Part shown: positions 48,311-61,050 of the stretch, piece by piece
Layout of the letters: every line of letters begins with the position of its first letter
Numbering within the stretch: the first letter of the stretch is position 1
DNA from: Octopus sinensis
Taxonomy: Eukaryota
Assembly: GCF_006345805.1 (NCBI RefSeq)
Contig: NC_042998.1
Location: 79,484,001 to 79,548,000, forward strand
Direction of reading: 5' to 3'
DNA: 64,000 bases
Notes under the pieces: generated by a model
Told to the model about the DNA's origin: nothing
Seen by the model: the letters and a program-made list of their open reading frames with translations, nothing else
The model's database searches: none
Translations under genes and position numbers: made by a program

Positions 48311-51300
48311 CAACCTCATGGTTAATAGAGAAATTGACTGGAATTGCTTTAGTTGTCTTCAAAAGCGAAATTGACATCCAATATTTGCTGTGTGTAAGTA
48401 TCTACTGATTTAAGTGTCTACTCTCTCTCTCTTTCTCTTCCTTTGTGTCCCTCTTCTCTCCCTCTTTTGATTTAACAATGTATATAGGTATCTATGTATC
48501 TACTGCTCTTGCGATGAACGCCGTTACCACTCACTATCTTTTTCACTCTCTCTCTCTCTTAGGTCCTCTCTAAAACATTTAAAAACACAAAACGACCGCC
48601 TTCACCACATACTGTCTCTTTCACTCTCTCTCTTTCTCTCTTACTTCCACTCTCTCGCTTTGCCACCGCTATGAAGTGTGACACACACGACAGGTACGTA
48701 TAAAAACAAAAAGTTAACGTATTAATATTATTGATAATAATAATGACTATGTCACTGATGACGACAATGATGATCTTCCTTTGAATTAAAGGCACAAAGC
48801 TAAAGTAATTTGTGGTCAACATTCCTCGTTGAAGAAGTTCATTAGTGTAAATACTAGACCGTGACTAGTATGAAAATTTGTGGATTTCCTTAGTTCTGTG
48901 ATGTCTATCAAATGTCACTATTTGTCACAAATGCAAACAAAGTATTCTAAAACTATTTTGTATTTGCTCAAACTAGATTTTCTGCATGACCACTACATCA
49001 ATTGAGTGGGTTAACTAAAATCTTCCCAATCAGTCACTCTGCTGAATCTCCATACTCATTTGACCATGTTAATGAGACAGCTAAATTTTTAGTCATCTGA
49101 CCAATTCAGTGAAACAGCTAAATCTTCCCCAATGAATTATATGAAATATATTTAGATAATATATTCTAAATTGTGGAACTTAGGACTGCATGTCCTCCTA
49201 TAAAGCTATTTAAAAATGAAATGATGAAATCTACACAGTACAAGAGCACTAGGTTAAAGGAGTGGAATTCCTGTGAGTTCAATGCAAGTGCATCTTGTAT
49301 GATTTTGTGTGTCTCAGCTCACTGTCTCTCAGGAATAGGCCTATGATGACTTTGATGACAAGATAGACTGGTACCCAGTAGAAATGATTAAGTTATCTTT
49401 ACATGTTTTGAAGTCCCTTGAACCTAAGGAGACATTTATATTTACATTACATAAGATTGGCTGAGCCAATTGGTAGTGGATAACTGACAATAGTTAAACA
49501 GTTCATATCTTGTTACTGAGTCCATAGTTAGAGCCAAACTGACCTTTAAACAGAATGATTATTTACTTAAGGCAGAAAGAAAAAGGGACACCACAGAGTT
49601 TCTTTTTTCTTCTTTTTTTTTTCTAGTGTCAGATTTATTTTGGTGCAAATGGTGAATTATAATTTTTTTTAAATAAATAAAAGTAAAAAATTTCCATTTG
49701 TTTTCCTTTTATCGTAGTTGTAAAGAAAAAATTTTCTCATCTTGTTTACTACTATTTTGCATTTAATAATACAATTAAAAATAGATCAGGGTACATGTAA
49801 TATACTTGTGTTGTGTGGTCAGGCCTGGAGGATAGCCTAGAAGGAAACTGAAATTTTAATCAATCATTTCAGATCCAATATATCTTAATATCTTGTCAGA
49901 AAATAGAAGAGCCAAGGGATTATTATTGTTGGGTTGTGCTTAGTGGCATGAGCTGGCCTTAATCCAGCTCTGCCTATGGCATCTAAAAGTAAATAGCTAC
50001 CACAATGGAGGAGCAATTCACTGCTGCATGCAGGGAAAGTACTATGATAACTGATGTGTATTTTATTATAAACTGTGTCAGACAATTATCACATATAGTT
50101 AAGAAAGAGATGAGCTCCACCATGCTGAATTACTCAAGATACTCAAAATGAAGCCTTAGATTTTAGTGCTGCTAGACAATAGATTAAAGTACTAACATAA
50201 GAGCAAAAAAGCTAAAATAACAGTTCATCAAAAGCAGAGCTGAGTCATAAAACCCAACAAACATATCAAAAGATAATTACTGCTGAGAAGAGGAAATATC
50301 CAGTTCCATTTTTTATAACATATATCCAGTACATAGAGTATGAGATGTTTGGCAGTTTAATTCTTTAGAGGTTTTTTTTTATCAGTTAGGTCTGAATGAA
50401 GAGGCAGTGCATGTGATCTTTGCAAAATTACTAATGTAAGACTACTAGTAGTTTATAGTTTATGATTACTAGTTCAGTGGAGCTGAATACAAATCCATTG
50501 TATATATATATATACCTTGAGTACACTTAATTTTATGTACCTCAGTTCCACTATTTTTTAAGAACAGATAACAAATTTTGTAATAACAACTTGATGTCTT
50601 ACAGAGAAGGTAGGAAGAATGTTTTAATGTACTTAACGCCAGAAAAACTCTGCCATCATCTCTCTCACTATCAATATCGGTATCTTACTCTCCAAATCAC
50701 TCTTGTTTCTTTTCTAGCTGGGTTATCCATGAAGCTGCTCTACATCAAATACCTATATCTGTTTCCTCTATACTTCAGACCTCTCAACTGGCACAAAACC
50801 AAAACCCGTCAATACTACTCTCCCCACTCCCAGTTGAAGGGGTTAGCCATGCAAGGTACTTGGTGACCTTGTCAGTGCTAGTACCTCATAAAAAGCATTG
50901 GTGATGGTGCCCCATAAAAAGCATCCAGTATACACTATAAAGTGGTTGATGTTAGGAAGGGTCTTCAACTGTAGAAAGCATGCCAAAACGGACAATGGGA
51001 CCTGGTGTGGCTCCTGGGCTTGCCAGTCCCTATCAAACCATCCAACTCATGCCAGCATGGAAAGCATACGTGATGATGATGATATTTTTTTCTCTACCTC
51101 GTAATTATTTCTAGTTAGCTTTTTAACATTCTCAGCATCATGTAAGTTAACACTAAATTATTCTTTTGCATGAAGTACAATTTTGTACCTCAATTGAACG
51201 ATTTTCTCGTTACCACTCTAGTATAATCTGTTTCATTGACGAAACCATATTAAGACCCATATTTCTTCATAATTGACTGCCATTCTTGCCAATATAATTA

Positions 51301-52281
51301 AATATTTTTACCTAACTACATAATTATTTCCTATTGTTTTGATGTTCAGTTGTAATAAAATCCTTTTAAGGAGGTGCTTCAGCATGGCCACAGTCAATTA
51401 ATTGAAACGTGTACAAAAATACACACACACACATAACGAGCAAATTCTCTCACAAGGCATTGGTCAGTTCAAAGCCATTTGCCTAAGCTTCTAAACCATA
51501 CATCAGTGCTTGAAGTTACCTGCTTAAAATGTTTGACTTTTTCTCTTCTCATGGCAAACTAATTCATTCACCTTTTGAATGGTTCCTAATTATCTCTAAT
51601 CATTTCCCTGTCTTGGATATGTCCACACTACCTCAACTATTGTTTCCATACACAAGGTCTCTTAACCTGCATTTTTAAAGTTAGTATACAACCAATAGAA
51701 AAGGGAAACAACTTTATCATGATCTTATTATCACCATATTTTACAGGCAAATTTCTTTAGAATCTATGTCAGTAAAAGAATTTATATTTTTACCAAAAAT
51801 AGATCTCACATACATGATATATAGAGTTAAAACAATCTTAAATTAACTAAGATTATTCCTATCATTTAAAGACGGATTCACTCTCTGAATGTTGAAATTT
51901 TAGTAAAAAATAAAATTGCAAGGGCGATAACTTGAATAAAATTCGCTAATGAGAATTTTGGGATAAATAAAAAGGATGTAAATGTAGTGACTTATTTGAA
52001 CACAAATGATATTTTAGTATGTGTAGTCTAAGCAAATCTCCTTAGAGAAACATTTTCTTTTCAGTTGTCAAGGTATAGAAGTCATCAGCACACACACACA
52101 CACACACATTGTCTGTTTACGGTCTTCAATTGAACTATGGTTTTCCCAAATCTATATTGGATATATTCCATATATACATATGTATATTTTGTTTTATCTT
52201 TTACTTATTTCAGTCATTAGACTGCAGCCATGCTGGGGCACAGCCTCGAAGGAATTTTAGTTGAACAAATCTACCTCAGTA

Positions 52282-52698
52282 GATGCAGCAGTGGCTGTGA
52301 GGTAAGTAGCTTGCTTACCAACCACATGGTTCCAGGTTCATTCCCACTGTGTGGCACCTTGGGCAAGTGTCTTCTCCTATAGCCTCAGGCCGACCAAAGC
52401 CTTGTGAGTGGATTTGGTAGACAGAAACTGAAAGAAGCCTGTCATATATATATGTGTATATATATGTGTGTGTGTATGTGTGTGTATATGTTTGTGCGTC
52501 TGTGTTTGTTCCTCCAACATCGCTTGACAACTGATGATGGTGTGTTTTTGTCCCCGTAACTTAGTGGTTCAGCAAAAGAAACTGATAGAATAAGTACTAG
52601 GCTTCCAAACAATAAGTCCTGGGGTCAATTTGCTTGACTAAAGGCGGTGCTCCAGCATGGCTGCAGTCAAATGACTGGAACAAGTAAAAGAGAAAGAG
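52282..52698 (+). mobile_element. tRNA-derived SINE (family A), full length
   Basis: tRNA-like head (gtggctgtgaggtaag..ggttcattccc), accttgggcaagtgtcttc domain, internal TA/TG microsatellite and conserved tail; same family as the array SINEs and the remnants at ~8930-9085, 14280-14620, 36545-36945, 44820-44920 and 61180-61650. Confidence 0.85.
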
Positions 52699-53929
52699 TT
52701 ATTTTTTTACTTTTTAAGCCTGCTACTTACTTTATCAGCTTCTTTTATCAAACTGCTAAGTTATGATGACATAAACACAAAAACACTGGTGGGGGAGAGA
52801 CAAAAATTAGACATAAGGACACACACATAGATACATACATATATATATATACACACACACACTCACAGACTTGGTTAGCCCAAGGCTATAGTGGAAGACA
52901 CTTGCTCAAGGTGCCATGCAGTGGGACTGAACCTGAAACCATGTGGCTGGAAAGCAAACTTCTTACCACACAGCCACACCATGCGTGTGTGTGTATGTTC
53001 ACATGTGCAAACATGTTTTACTGTCACCTTGCCTTATCATTGTGATAGTCTTGAGCATCACTATTATGAAAGTAGTTTCTTTGTTGACAGTCATATTTGG
53101 AAATAGGTAAATATTACTTCACTTGGAAACAGGTGGGGTTGACAAAAGGAAGGGCGTCCAGCTATAGAAAATCTGCCTCAACAAATTTTGTCCAACCCAT
53201 TCAAGCATCGAAAAGTGGACAATAAAATAACGACAATAATGATGAATCAATTTTTAGTCTTATTAACTGTGTAGAATATGCTTTCTTAAGTAAGTCGAAA
53301 GAGTTTTATTGTATTCTCATATATGTTTCAGTCTTGAGGCTGAGACCATGCTGGGGCACTACCAGTAAATAATTTAGTTCTTTATTTATTTATATTTGTC
53401 ATATCTCTGTGGGTTGAATGCAAGTGATTGTAGTTTTGGGATGCTGTAATAATATTGCTCTGGTGTTAAGGTCAGAAAGCTGGCAGAATCATTAGCATGC
53501 CAGGCAAAATGCTTAGTGGTAATTCATCTGTCTTCATTCTCTGAATTCAAATAGGAAAAATAGGGTTGATAAAATGAGAACCAGTTGAACACTGAGGCCA
53601 ATATATTTGGTCTAGCCCCTCCCCTGAAATTGCTGGCCTTGTGACAAAATTTGAAACCAATATTGCTCTAGTGTCTTTGTGTATGTGTCTGGAAGTAGCT
53701 TTTGATGTAGTAACCAGTGGCTCAGCAACAAAATTTGTTTAGGGCGTGCAAACCCAGGTCCAAATTTTTTATGAAAAATGTGAATTTTTTCAATGCTGCT
53801 CAATTTGTGTTAAAGAACTATAAGACAATGGACAAAATGTGTAAAGAAGTCTTTTTATTTGGGGGTTTCAATGCTATGGAGAGAGAATAAAAATCAGTGA
53901 TGACTTCTACTTTTGCTCATATAAGGTGC

Positions 53930-55375
53930 AGGGACACAATTCAAAGAGTGGAAAAATAATTTTTTCCCACATCTTCCATCTGCATTGCAACCTGCTGCCC
54001 ATGGACCAATGTTTCAGTTCCATCATCACCAGGAAACCTTAAAGGCATAAGCTTGGGTTCTGAGTCAGAAGACTTCAATAGCAGTGAAGGTGAAGAAACT
54101 TAACTATTCAACCAATGTGAATTAAATGATCTAGTGAAGAACTTAGGGCTTACAAAGGATTCAGCAGAGCTTTTAGGTTCTAGACTTAAATCCAAGGATC
54201 TTTGAGCACCTCGTACATCATTCTATTGGTTTTGTAACAATGAAAGAGAATTCATTCTTTTTTCACTTAAGAAAATTATTTGGTTTATTGTGCAGATCCA
54301 TCAGGACAAATAAGAACATTTGGCATAAGTTACAGCCCTGATTAATGGAGACGCTTCAACAACTTTTCAAAGAGAAGTCTTAAAGCTCTTCAACTCTAGC
54401 CTTGTTGGACACTCAGTGATCATGAAGGAAACATGAAAATTTGATGTAAGTCTTCACAAGATTAAATTCAAAGATCACAACTGGATGATAAAAATGGCCA
54501 AGTAGGGATATGCTTAAATTTGGAAGAAAGAATATCCTCCTCTACATAGAAAACTTGGCCCCATGAAGCAATTCATAAAAGCTTTGCTACAGGATGGAGA
54601 GGGTTTAAAATATTTGCATAGCAGGTTTCGTGCTCTATCAGACGCTATGGTTGAAGAGGGTGTATTTGTAGAACCAGATATAAGGAAACTTGTCGAGGAT
54701 GAACATTTTCAAAACTCCCATAGTGAGCCTGAAAAAGATGCATGGGTTAATTTTAAAGATGTTATGAAGAACTTCTTGGGTAATCACAAGGATCCAAACT
54801 ACAAAGATATAGGGGCAAGAATGCTGGAAAATTTTGAGGCCTCAGGATGCAAAATAAGCATTAAAGTTAATTTCCTACATGCCCATTTGTATTTCGTTCC
54901 AGAAAATCTGTGGGGTGTGAGTGAAGAGCAAGGGGAAATGTTTCATCAAGGACATAAAAAGAGAAGGAAAGAACATATCAGGGAAGATGGAATGTCAATG
55001 TGATGGCTGACTACTGCTGGATGATGCAGTGTGAATGTCCATCAAATGCACACAAGTCAAAGAATTCCAGGCATAGTTTCCAAGCGAAAAAAAAATTTCA
55101 AGGTGCTGAATAGATAAAAAACAAATGGAACTCTTTTAGAAATCTATTTTCTCATGTTTCAATTATATTTGTACCATAGTATTTTGCTAAATAAAATATG
55201 AAATTCATTTTTATTAGTTTCATTTTGACCTACCATTTGTAGATTTACCTGTTTTATCATTAAATTGTGAGAAAACCTTATGTAATGGGAAAGAGCTTTT
55301 TTTGATATTTCCGATTAGCACCACAAAGTAACATGCAATTATCAAAAAATTCAATTTCATTGACCATTGTAATTA
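53930..55375 (+). mobile_element. Decayed DDE DNA transposase, probably CMC/Chapaev-like (superfamily uncertain)
   Basis: Fragments LFNQCELNDLVKNLGLTKDSAELLGSRLKSKDL and ORF 54563..55003 (MKQFIKAL..FKDVMKNFLGNHK..KVNFLHAHL..VSEEQGEMFHQ), then MADYCW in another frame; many stops and frameshifts. Confidence 0.65.
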
Positions 55376-55476
55376 ACGCTGAGTCATTGAAATAGTGTTT
55401 TTAATGAAAAACCAGAACAAAAAGCTTTCCAAAAACTTTTTTTCTTTATTATCATTATTTTTCTTTACAAATATCA

Positions 55477-56264
55477 TTACTTCCCAAGACTCAAACCTCC
55501 ATCAAAAGGAATGGTAGCACCAGTGAGAAAACTTGCTTTAGGAGAACATAAATATGAAATAAAATCTCCTACTTCTTCAGGTTGACCCCATCGACCCATT
55601 GGAGTTCTTACACATCCAATATCAGGACCCAGTTTTGCCTCCAGTTGTTTCCATGGTTTCGTGTGTATATACCCAGGAACAATACAATTACAAGTGATTC
55701 TCCGCTTTGCTAGCATTTTAGCATAATGACGAGACAAATACTCAAGTACACATTTCCCAGTGCCTGGCATCATGTAACCTAATCGAGTTTGATCATTGAT
55801 ATTACAACCAGGGCTTGATAAGCAAACAATGTAGCCATAACCATCTTCCATTAACTTCATTCCTGTTTCTACTAAACGTATGAAACACTTAGGATAGATG
55901 TTCTGGAAATAATCATACGTTTCAAATGTAGTGAAATGGGTATCTGGATTTTTTGAAACGGAATCTGGTGTATAAAGTCCAGCAGTGTGAACAATCGCAG
56001 TGAGCGTGCCATTCATTTCATTCAAACATTTGAAATATGAATTCACAGTGTCTTCTCCACAAACATCTCCACCAATTGTCCTAACCTGGATCTTGAAATC
56101 CGTCTTTAATTCCTGTTCACACTTCTTGGCATTTTCACTGTCAGAATAGTAACCAAGAATTAAATTATAACCTTGGGCAGCAAGACCTTTGGAAGTAGCA
56201 AAACCTATGCCACCTGTTCCTCCGGTAACTATGGCAATTTTTTGCCGGTCTTCAATCTTTTGAT
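55477..56264 (-). CDS. Short-chain dehydrogenase/reductase, enoyl-ACP-reductase-like (FabL/FabI-type Y-x6-K active site); large terminal exon, first exon not located
   Basis: Intact frame with TGGTGGIG Rossmann motif, HTAG, LSSPG, YMMPGTGK, PGYIHT and TPMGRWGQPEEV..FLTGATIPFDGG. No in-frame ATG before the Rossmann fold (upstream in-frame TGA), but a pyrimidine-rich ttctag acceptor ends at 56265 (phase 1). TAA at 55477-79 and AATAAA at 55445-55450 (minus). Confidence 0.9.
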
Positions 56265-56391
56265 CTAGAATATACAAAAGACAAACATGTAAAATTCACA
56301 AATTATAATTATGTTTATATATTTATGAAAACAAAAATACTTTTTAAAAATATGTAGTAAATATTTTAATTACTTACACATATATACAAAA

Positions 56392-57620
56392 TATTGGGTC
56401 AACCCATAAATAATGTGGGTTTTTTATACTTCTTTTATTTTTCAAAATTAAGATAAATAAGGTTCTTTTTTAATCTAAAATATACTCTCCATTTTCTACA
56501 ATGCTCTTCCATCTATCTGGTAGACTTGCAAGGCCCTGCTTCCAAAATTCACTTGTCCATGACAAAAAATGCTCCTCCAGTACTGTTTTGACCTCGTCAA
56601 CAGAATTCATATATCTTCCGGCCAAATTATCTTGAAGACTGTGGAATAAATGGTAATCAGATGGGGCAATGTCCAGTGAATATGGTGGGTGGGGCATCAT
56701 TTCCTATTCAGATTGCTCCAACCTTTATGTGTATGTGGCTGAGCATTACCCTAATGGAAGAACACCTTTCATCTAGAAACCAAAGAAGGTCATTTTTCTT
56801 CTAGCACTCCCAGTAGATGTCTTTTGTTATCATTTGGTTTGGGTTTAAAAGTTCCAAGTGGACTAAACCTTTCATATCTCACCAAACAGACAACAACACC
56901 TTATGTGGGTGAAGACTTTCTTTAGCCTAGGGTGCCGATGTTTCTCCTTTCCCTACCCACTGTCTTCGGTGCTTGACATTTTTATAGAGAGCCCATTTCT
57001 TGCCACCAGTCACTATTCAGTCCAAAAAAGGTTCATTTGTGGGATGTGACAGTAAAGAAGAGCATAAATTCACTCTCTGCACATGATTACACTTGGAAAG
57101 TTTGTAAGGAACCCACTAACCCAATTTGCTGACTTTTCCAATGGCATACAGGTGTCGATGAAAGGTTGAATGACCAAATCCATGCTTCTCAGCTAGTTCC
57201 TCGTTATTACAATGGGATTTTGTTCCCCTAGGGTCTCCAGGGCATCCTCATCAAGCTCTACAGATCTTCCAGGACAAGACTCATCTAGGCTGTAGTTTCC
57301 AGCTTGAAATTTCTGGAACCACCATTGACACTGGCTTACGCATATTGTCTGATCCCCATACACTGCATTAATATTCCTCACACTTTCCATTGTGTTGTTG
57401 TCTTTATTGAACTCATAAAGCAAAATATGTTGAATATATTCCTTTGTCATTTTCATAATAACATCGAAAAAAATAACTGTTAAAATAGAACTGCACTCTT
57501 CAAAGGTAAAATTACTACCTGCTTTTATAGCAAGTTGATGCAGGTAGTTTATCCCATCTGCATCCAACTTTTAGTTCATGCAATTGTAAAAAAAAACATT
57601 ATTTATGGGATGACCCAATA
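56392..57620 (-). mobile_element. Mariner transposon, near full length, inactive
   Basis: TA-flanked TIRs TTGGGTCAACCCATAAATAATG / CATTATTTATGGGATGACCCAA; transposase pieces 57193..57567 (HILLYEFNK..CQWWFQKFQAGNYSLDE..GRS) and 56470..56700 (PHPPYSLDIAPSDYHLFHSLQ). Confidence 0.92.
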
Positions 57621-59298
57621 AAAAGCAATCACAGTTGATGGGAATGACCACCTGGCGGTGGATGGCATGCATTTGATAAATTTAATACAGAATGGGCTGT
57701 TCACACACACACACGTGTGCATACACACATACACATGCACATACATGCACCATCTATTACATGCAGTTTATAACTGATCAGAATGTACAGCTGGATTAAA
57801 ACAACTGATGGACTTATTTTGGAACCAAACCAGATTGATGAGTTACATATGACCTAGAAACAGCAAAGCAAAAGCAGTGGATTTTACTTCAAGATTCATA
57901 AACCAAAAAGGGGAACTCAATGCGGTTACTTGAACACCTAAAATTATTAGCCAAACCTGTCTCAAATCCTGCTCTATCATCTTAACAATTGAAAGAAAAA
58001 ATTGGATAACATACATTTGGAAAAAGCCAGAATGGTCATGGTTGGAATATATTTGATAATAATAACAACTTAAAACCTTAATAAGGGCTCTCTTACAAAA
58101 CAGTAACAACAGCTTTTGTTTTTATCGTTTTGTTTTGGTTAATATATTGTGATAATTTATGAACCAAGGGAGATTTGACTCCTTTTTGCATTGAGTTTCA
58201 TAACCTTTTAGAGGCCTCCTTTGTGGATTGATGCATACATATGTATAAACATAGTTTTCACGAACAAGTAGAGTGTAATTTAAGGGAGATTTTGCTGTTA
58301 GATCTCTGAGGTTTAACTGTCCTGTAGAGATCTCCATTGTTGGCTCATGCATACATACATACATGAGACAGCAGAAATTGAACTGAAATAGATACAGCTT
58401 CTATTTTGAACATACCACATGACCTCAGACTTACAATATTGATGACAACAATGTTATTGTGAAGATCAATTTGAGTGGGTTAAGTTGTCCCAGTTACATT
58501 TTCAATAAATTTAACCCTACTCTCAATATAGAGTAACACCACCAATAAATGCTCCTTTGTTATTTGAAACTTTATTTTTAATATTACAACAATGTTATGT
58601 ATATTACTAAATCCTGGTAATAAAAGGCATTTCTGTGACCTTGTGGCAATTCTATTGTTTAGTAGGTCACTATGTTTATTATTCAACATGGTCCTTGTTA
58701 TTTAAGACAGCAAGATGTGACATTTGAGTGATTCGCTGCTGTTTCTAGCAGGTTGTGTTGCTACGACTTTTGGCTGCCTTTTGAATATACATGAAGCTTC
58801 TTAAAGCTTTCTCTCCCTCCCTCTCAAAATCTGTCTTGTGTGTGCGTGTGTGTGTGTGCGCGCGCGCGTGTGCGTGTGCATGATGTGAGGGTTATTCAAA
58901 GGTTATTCGTTTTGGAAAACTAAACGATTACTTATTACAAGAATAAAGGGGAAAAAACAATATTAGAAATATTGCAGAAAAGTATCTTTATTCATTGCAT
59001 ATTGTGAGTGAGCCATCATGAATGACTTTCTACTATAAGGCAGAAATGATGCAATTAATCTTGTGTACACAATACAGTTTCAACTAAATAGTTATTGAGA
59101 CTCAATCTGGTTTTGTTTTTGCATGTGCACTGTACAACAGAAACAACAGATTGAATATGTATTGCATATACAAGATGAACAAAAGCATATATTCAATAAA
59201 TACATTTCTGCACAGCGAAGCTTACTGCATGTGCTCAGTAGCCACACAAAGACTAAAATATTGAAATATATATATTATATATATATTATATATATATA

Positions 59299-59414
59299 TA
59301 TATATGAAAGAAGGTTTGAAAATGCAATTTTAAAAGATGTTTATTCACTTGACCAGTTTGACCTGTGAATAAACATCTTTTAAAATTGCATTTTCAAAAC
59401 TTCTTTCATATATA
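59299..59414. repeat. Long inverted repeat (50-bp arms, 16-nt loop)
   Basis: 59299-59348 pairs with 59365-59414 with a single mismatch. Confidence 0.9.
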
Positions 59415-59844
59415 ATTCCACTCGTGCGGTACCTTACAACTTCATTTTGTTATACATACATCATCATCATCATCGTCGTTTAGCGTCCGTTTTCCATGCT
59501 AGCATGGGTTGGACGTTTCTACTGGGGTCTGTGAAGCCAGAAGGCTCATCAGGCCCAGTCAAATCTGGCAGTGTTCTACGGCTGGATGCCCTTCCTAACG
59601 CCAACCACTCCGTGAGTGTAGTGGGTGCTTTTTACGTGCCACCCGCACAGGTGCCAGACAGAGCTGGCAAACGGCCACGAACGGATGGTGCTTTTATGTG
59701 CCACCAGCACAAGGGCCAGGCGAGGCTGGCAACGGACACGAAACGGGGCAGTGCTGGCAATGGTCGCGAAACGGAAGGTTCTCTTACATGCCACCGGCAC
59801 TGGTAACACATCTGCAATTTCCATTGATCGATTTCCATATTATA

Positions 59845-61050
59845 TCATCATCATCATTTAACGTCCGCTTTCCATGCTAGCATGGGTTGGACGGTTCAAC
59901 TGGGGTCTGGGAGCCAAAGCTGCACCAGTCCAGTCAGATCTGGCATGTTTTTCTACAGCTGGATGCCCTTCCTAACGCCAACCACTCCGAGAGTGTAGTG
60001 GGTGATTTTATGTGCCACCGACACAGGTGCCAGACGAGGCTGGCAACGGCCACGCTCGGATGGTGTTTTTTATGTGCCACCGACACAGGTGCCAGACGAG
60101 GCTGGCAGACGGCCACGCTCGATGTGTTTTTATGTGCCACCGACACAGGTGCCAGACGAGGCTGGCAGACGGCCACGCTCGATGGTGTTTTTATGTGCCA
60201 CCGACACAGGTGCCAGACGAGGCTGGCAGACGGCCACGCTCGGATGGTGTTTTTATGTGCCACCGACACAGGTGCCAGATGAGGCTGGCAAACGGCCACG
60301 ATCGATGGTGCTGTTACGTGCCCACAGCACGGAGGCCAGTCGATGCGGTACTGGCTACGGCCACTTCGGATGGTTTTCTTATGTGCCACGTGCCACCGGC
60401 ACTGGTACCACAAAGATACAAATTCCATTGATGTTCATCTATTTTGATTTGTTTTGATTTTCACTTGCCTCAACAGTCTTCACAAGTGTCACAAGAAGGA
60501 AGGTACACAGGTGGACTGACTATGTCCCAGGTAGGGGCCATGGGTTATGGCCTGACTAGTCTTGCCGGGTCTTCGGAGGTGTTTTTTTATGTGCCACCGA
60601 CACAGGTGCTAGATGAGGCTGGCGAACGGCCACGATCGGATGGTGTTTGTCATGTGCCCACCGCACTGACTACGGCACTGATGGATTTCTTGTGGCCACA
60701 GGCACTGGTACCACAAGATACAAATTCCATTGATGTTCATCTATTTTGTCTATTTTGATTTGATTTGATTTTCACTTGCCTCAACCGGTCTTCACAAGTG
60801 TCACAAGAAGGAGGTATGCACAGTGGACTGACTAGTCTTGCCGGGTCTTCGGAAGGTGTTTTTTATGTGCCACCGACACAGGTGCCAGATGAGGCTGGCG
60901 AACGGCCATGATCGGATGGTGTTTTTACGTGCCCACAGCACGGAGGCCGGTCGATGCGGAACTGGCTACGGCCACGTTCGGATGGTTCTTTTGTGTCCCC
61001 GGCACTGGTACCACAAAGATACAGATTCCATTGATGTTCATCTATTTTGA
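59845..61050 (-). mobile_element. RTE 3' UTR copy with internally amplified ~60-bp hairpin repeats and block duplications
   Basis: (TCA)n tail at ~59845; five ~60-62 bp tandem units at 60006-60305; the block ggcactggtaccacaa..aattccattgatgttcatctattttg recurs at ~60400, ~60700 and ~61000. Confidence 0.85.

Noticed and set aside
55477-56277. Bacterial contaminant explanation for the SDR, and the ORF-track TTG start at 56277
   Set aside because: The ORF is embedded in continuous host repeat landscape, with no operon or Shine-Dalgarno context; the TTG lies within a polypyrimidine tract just before a good AG acceptor and a poly(A) signal follows the stop. A chimeric assembly is not formally excluded without reads.
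59934-60457. Long repetitive ORFs (131-164 aa) and a CRISPR-like look of the 60-bp repeats
   Set aside because: The units are contiguous tandem copies with no unique spacers, lie in an RTE 3' UTR, and there are no cas genes; the ORFs are by-products of the repeat.
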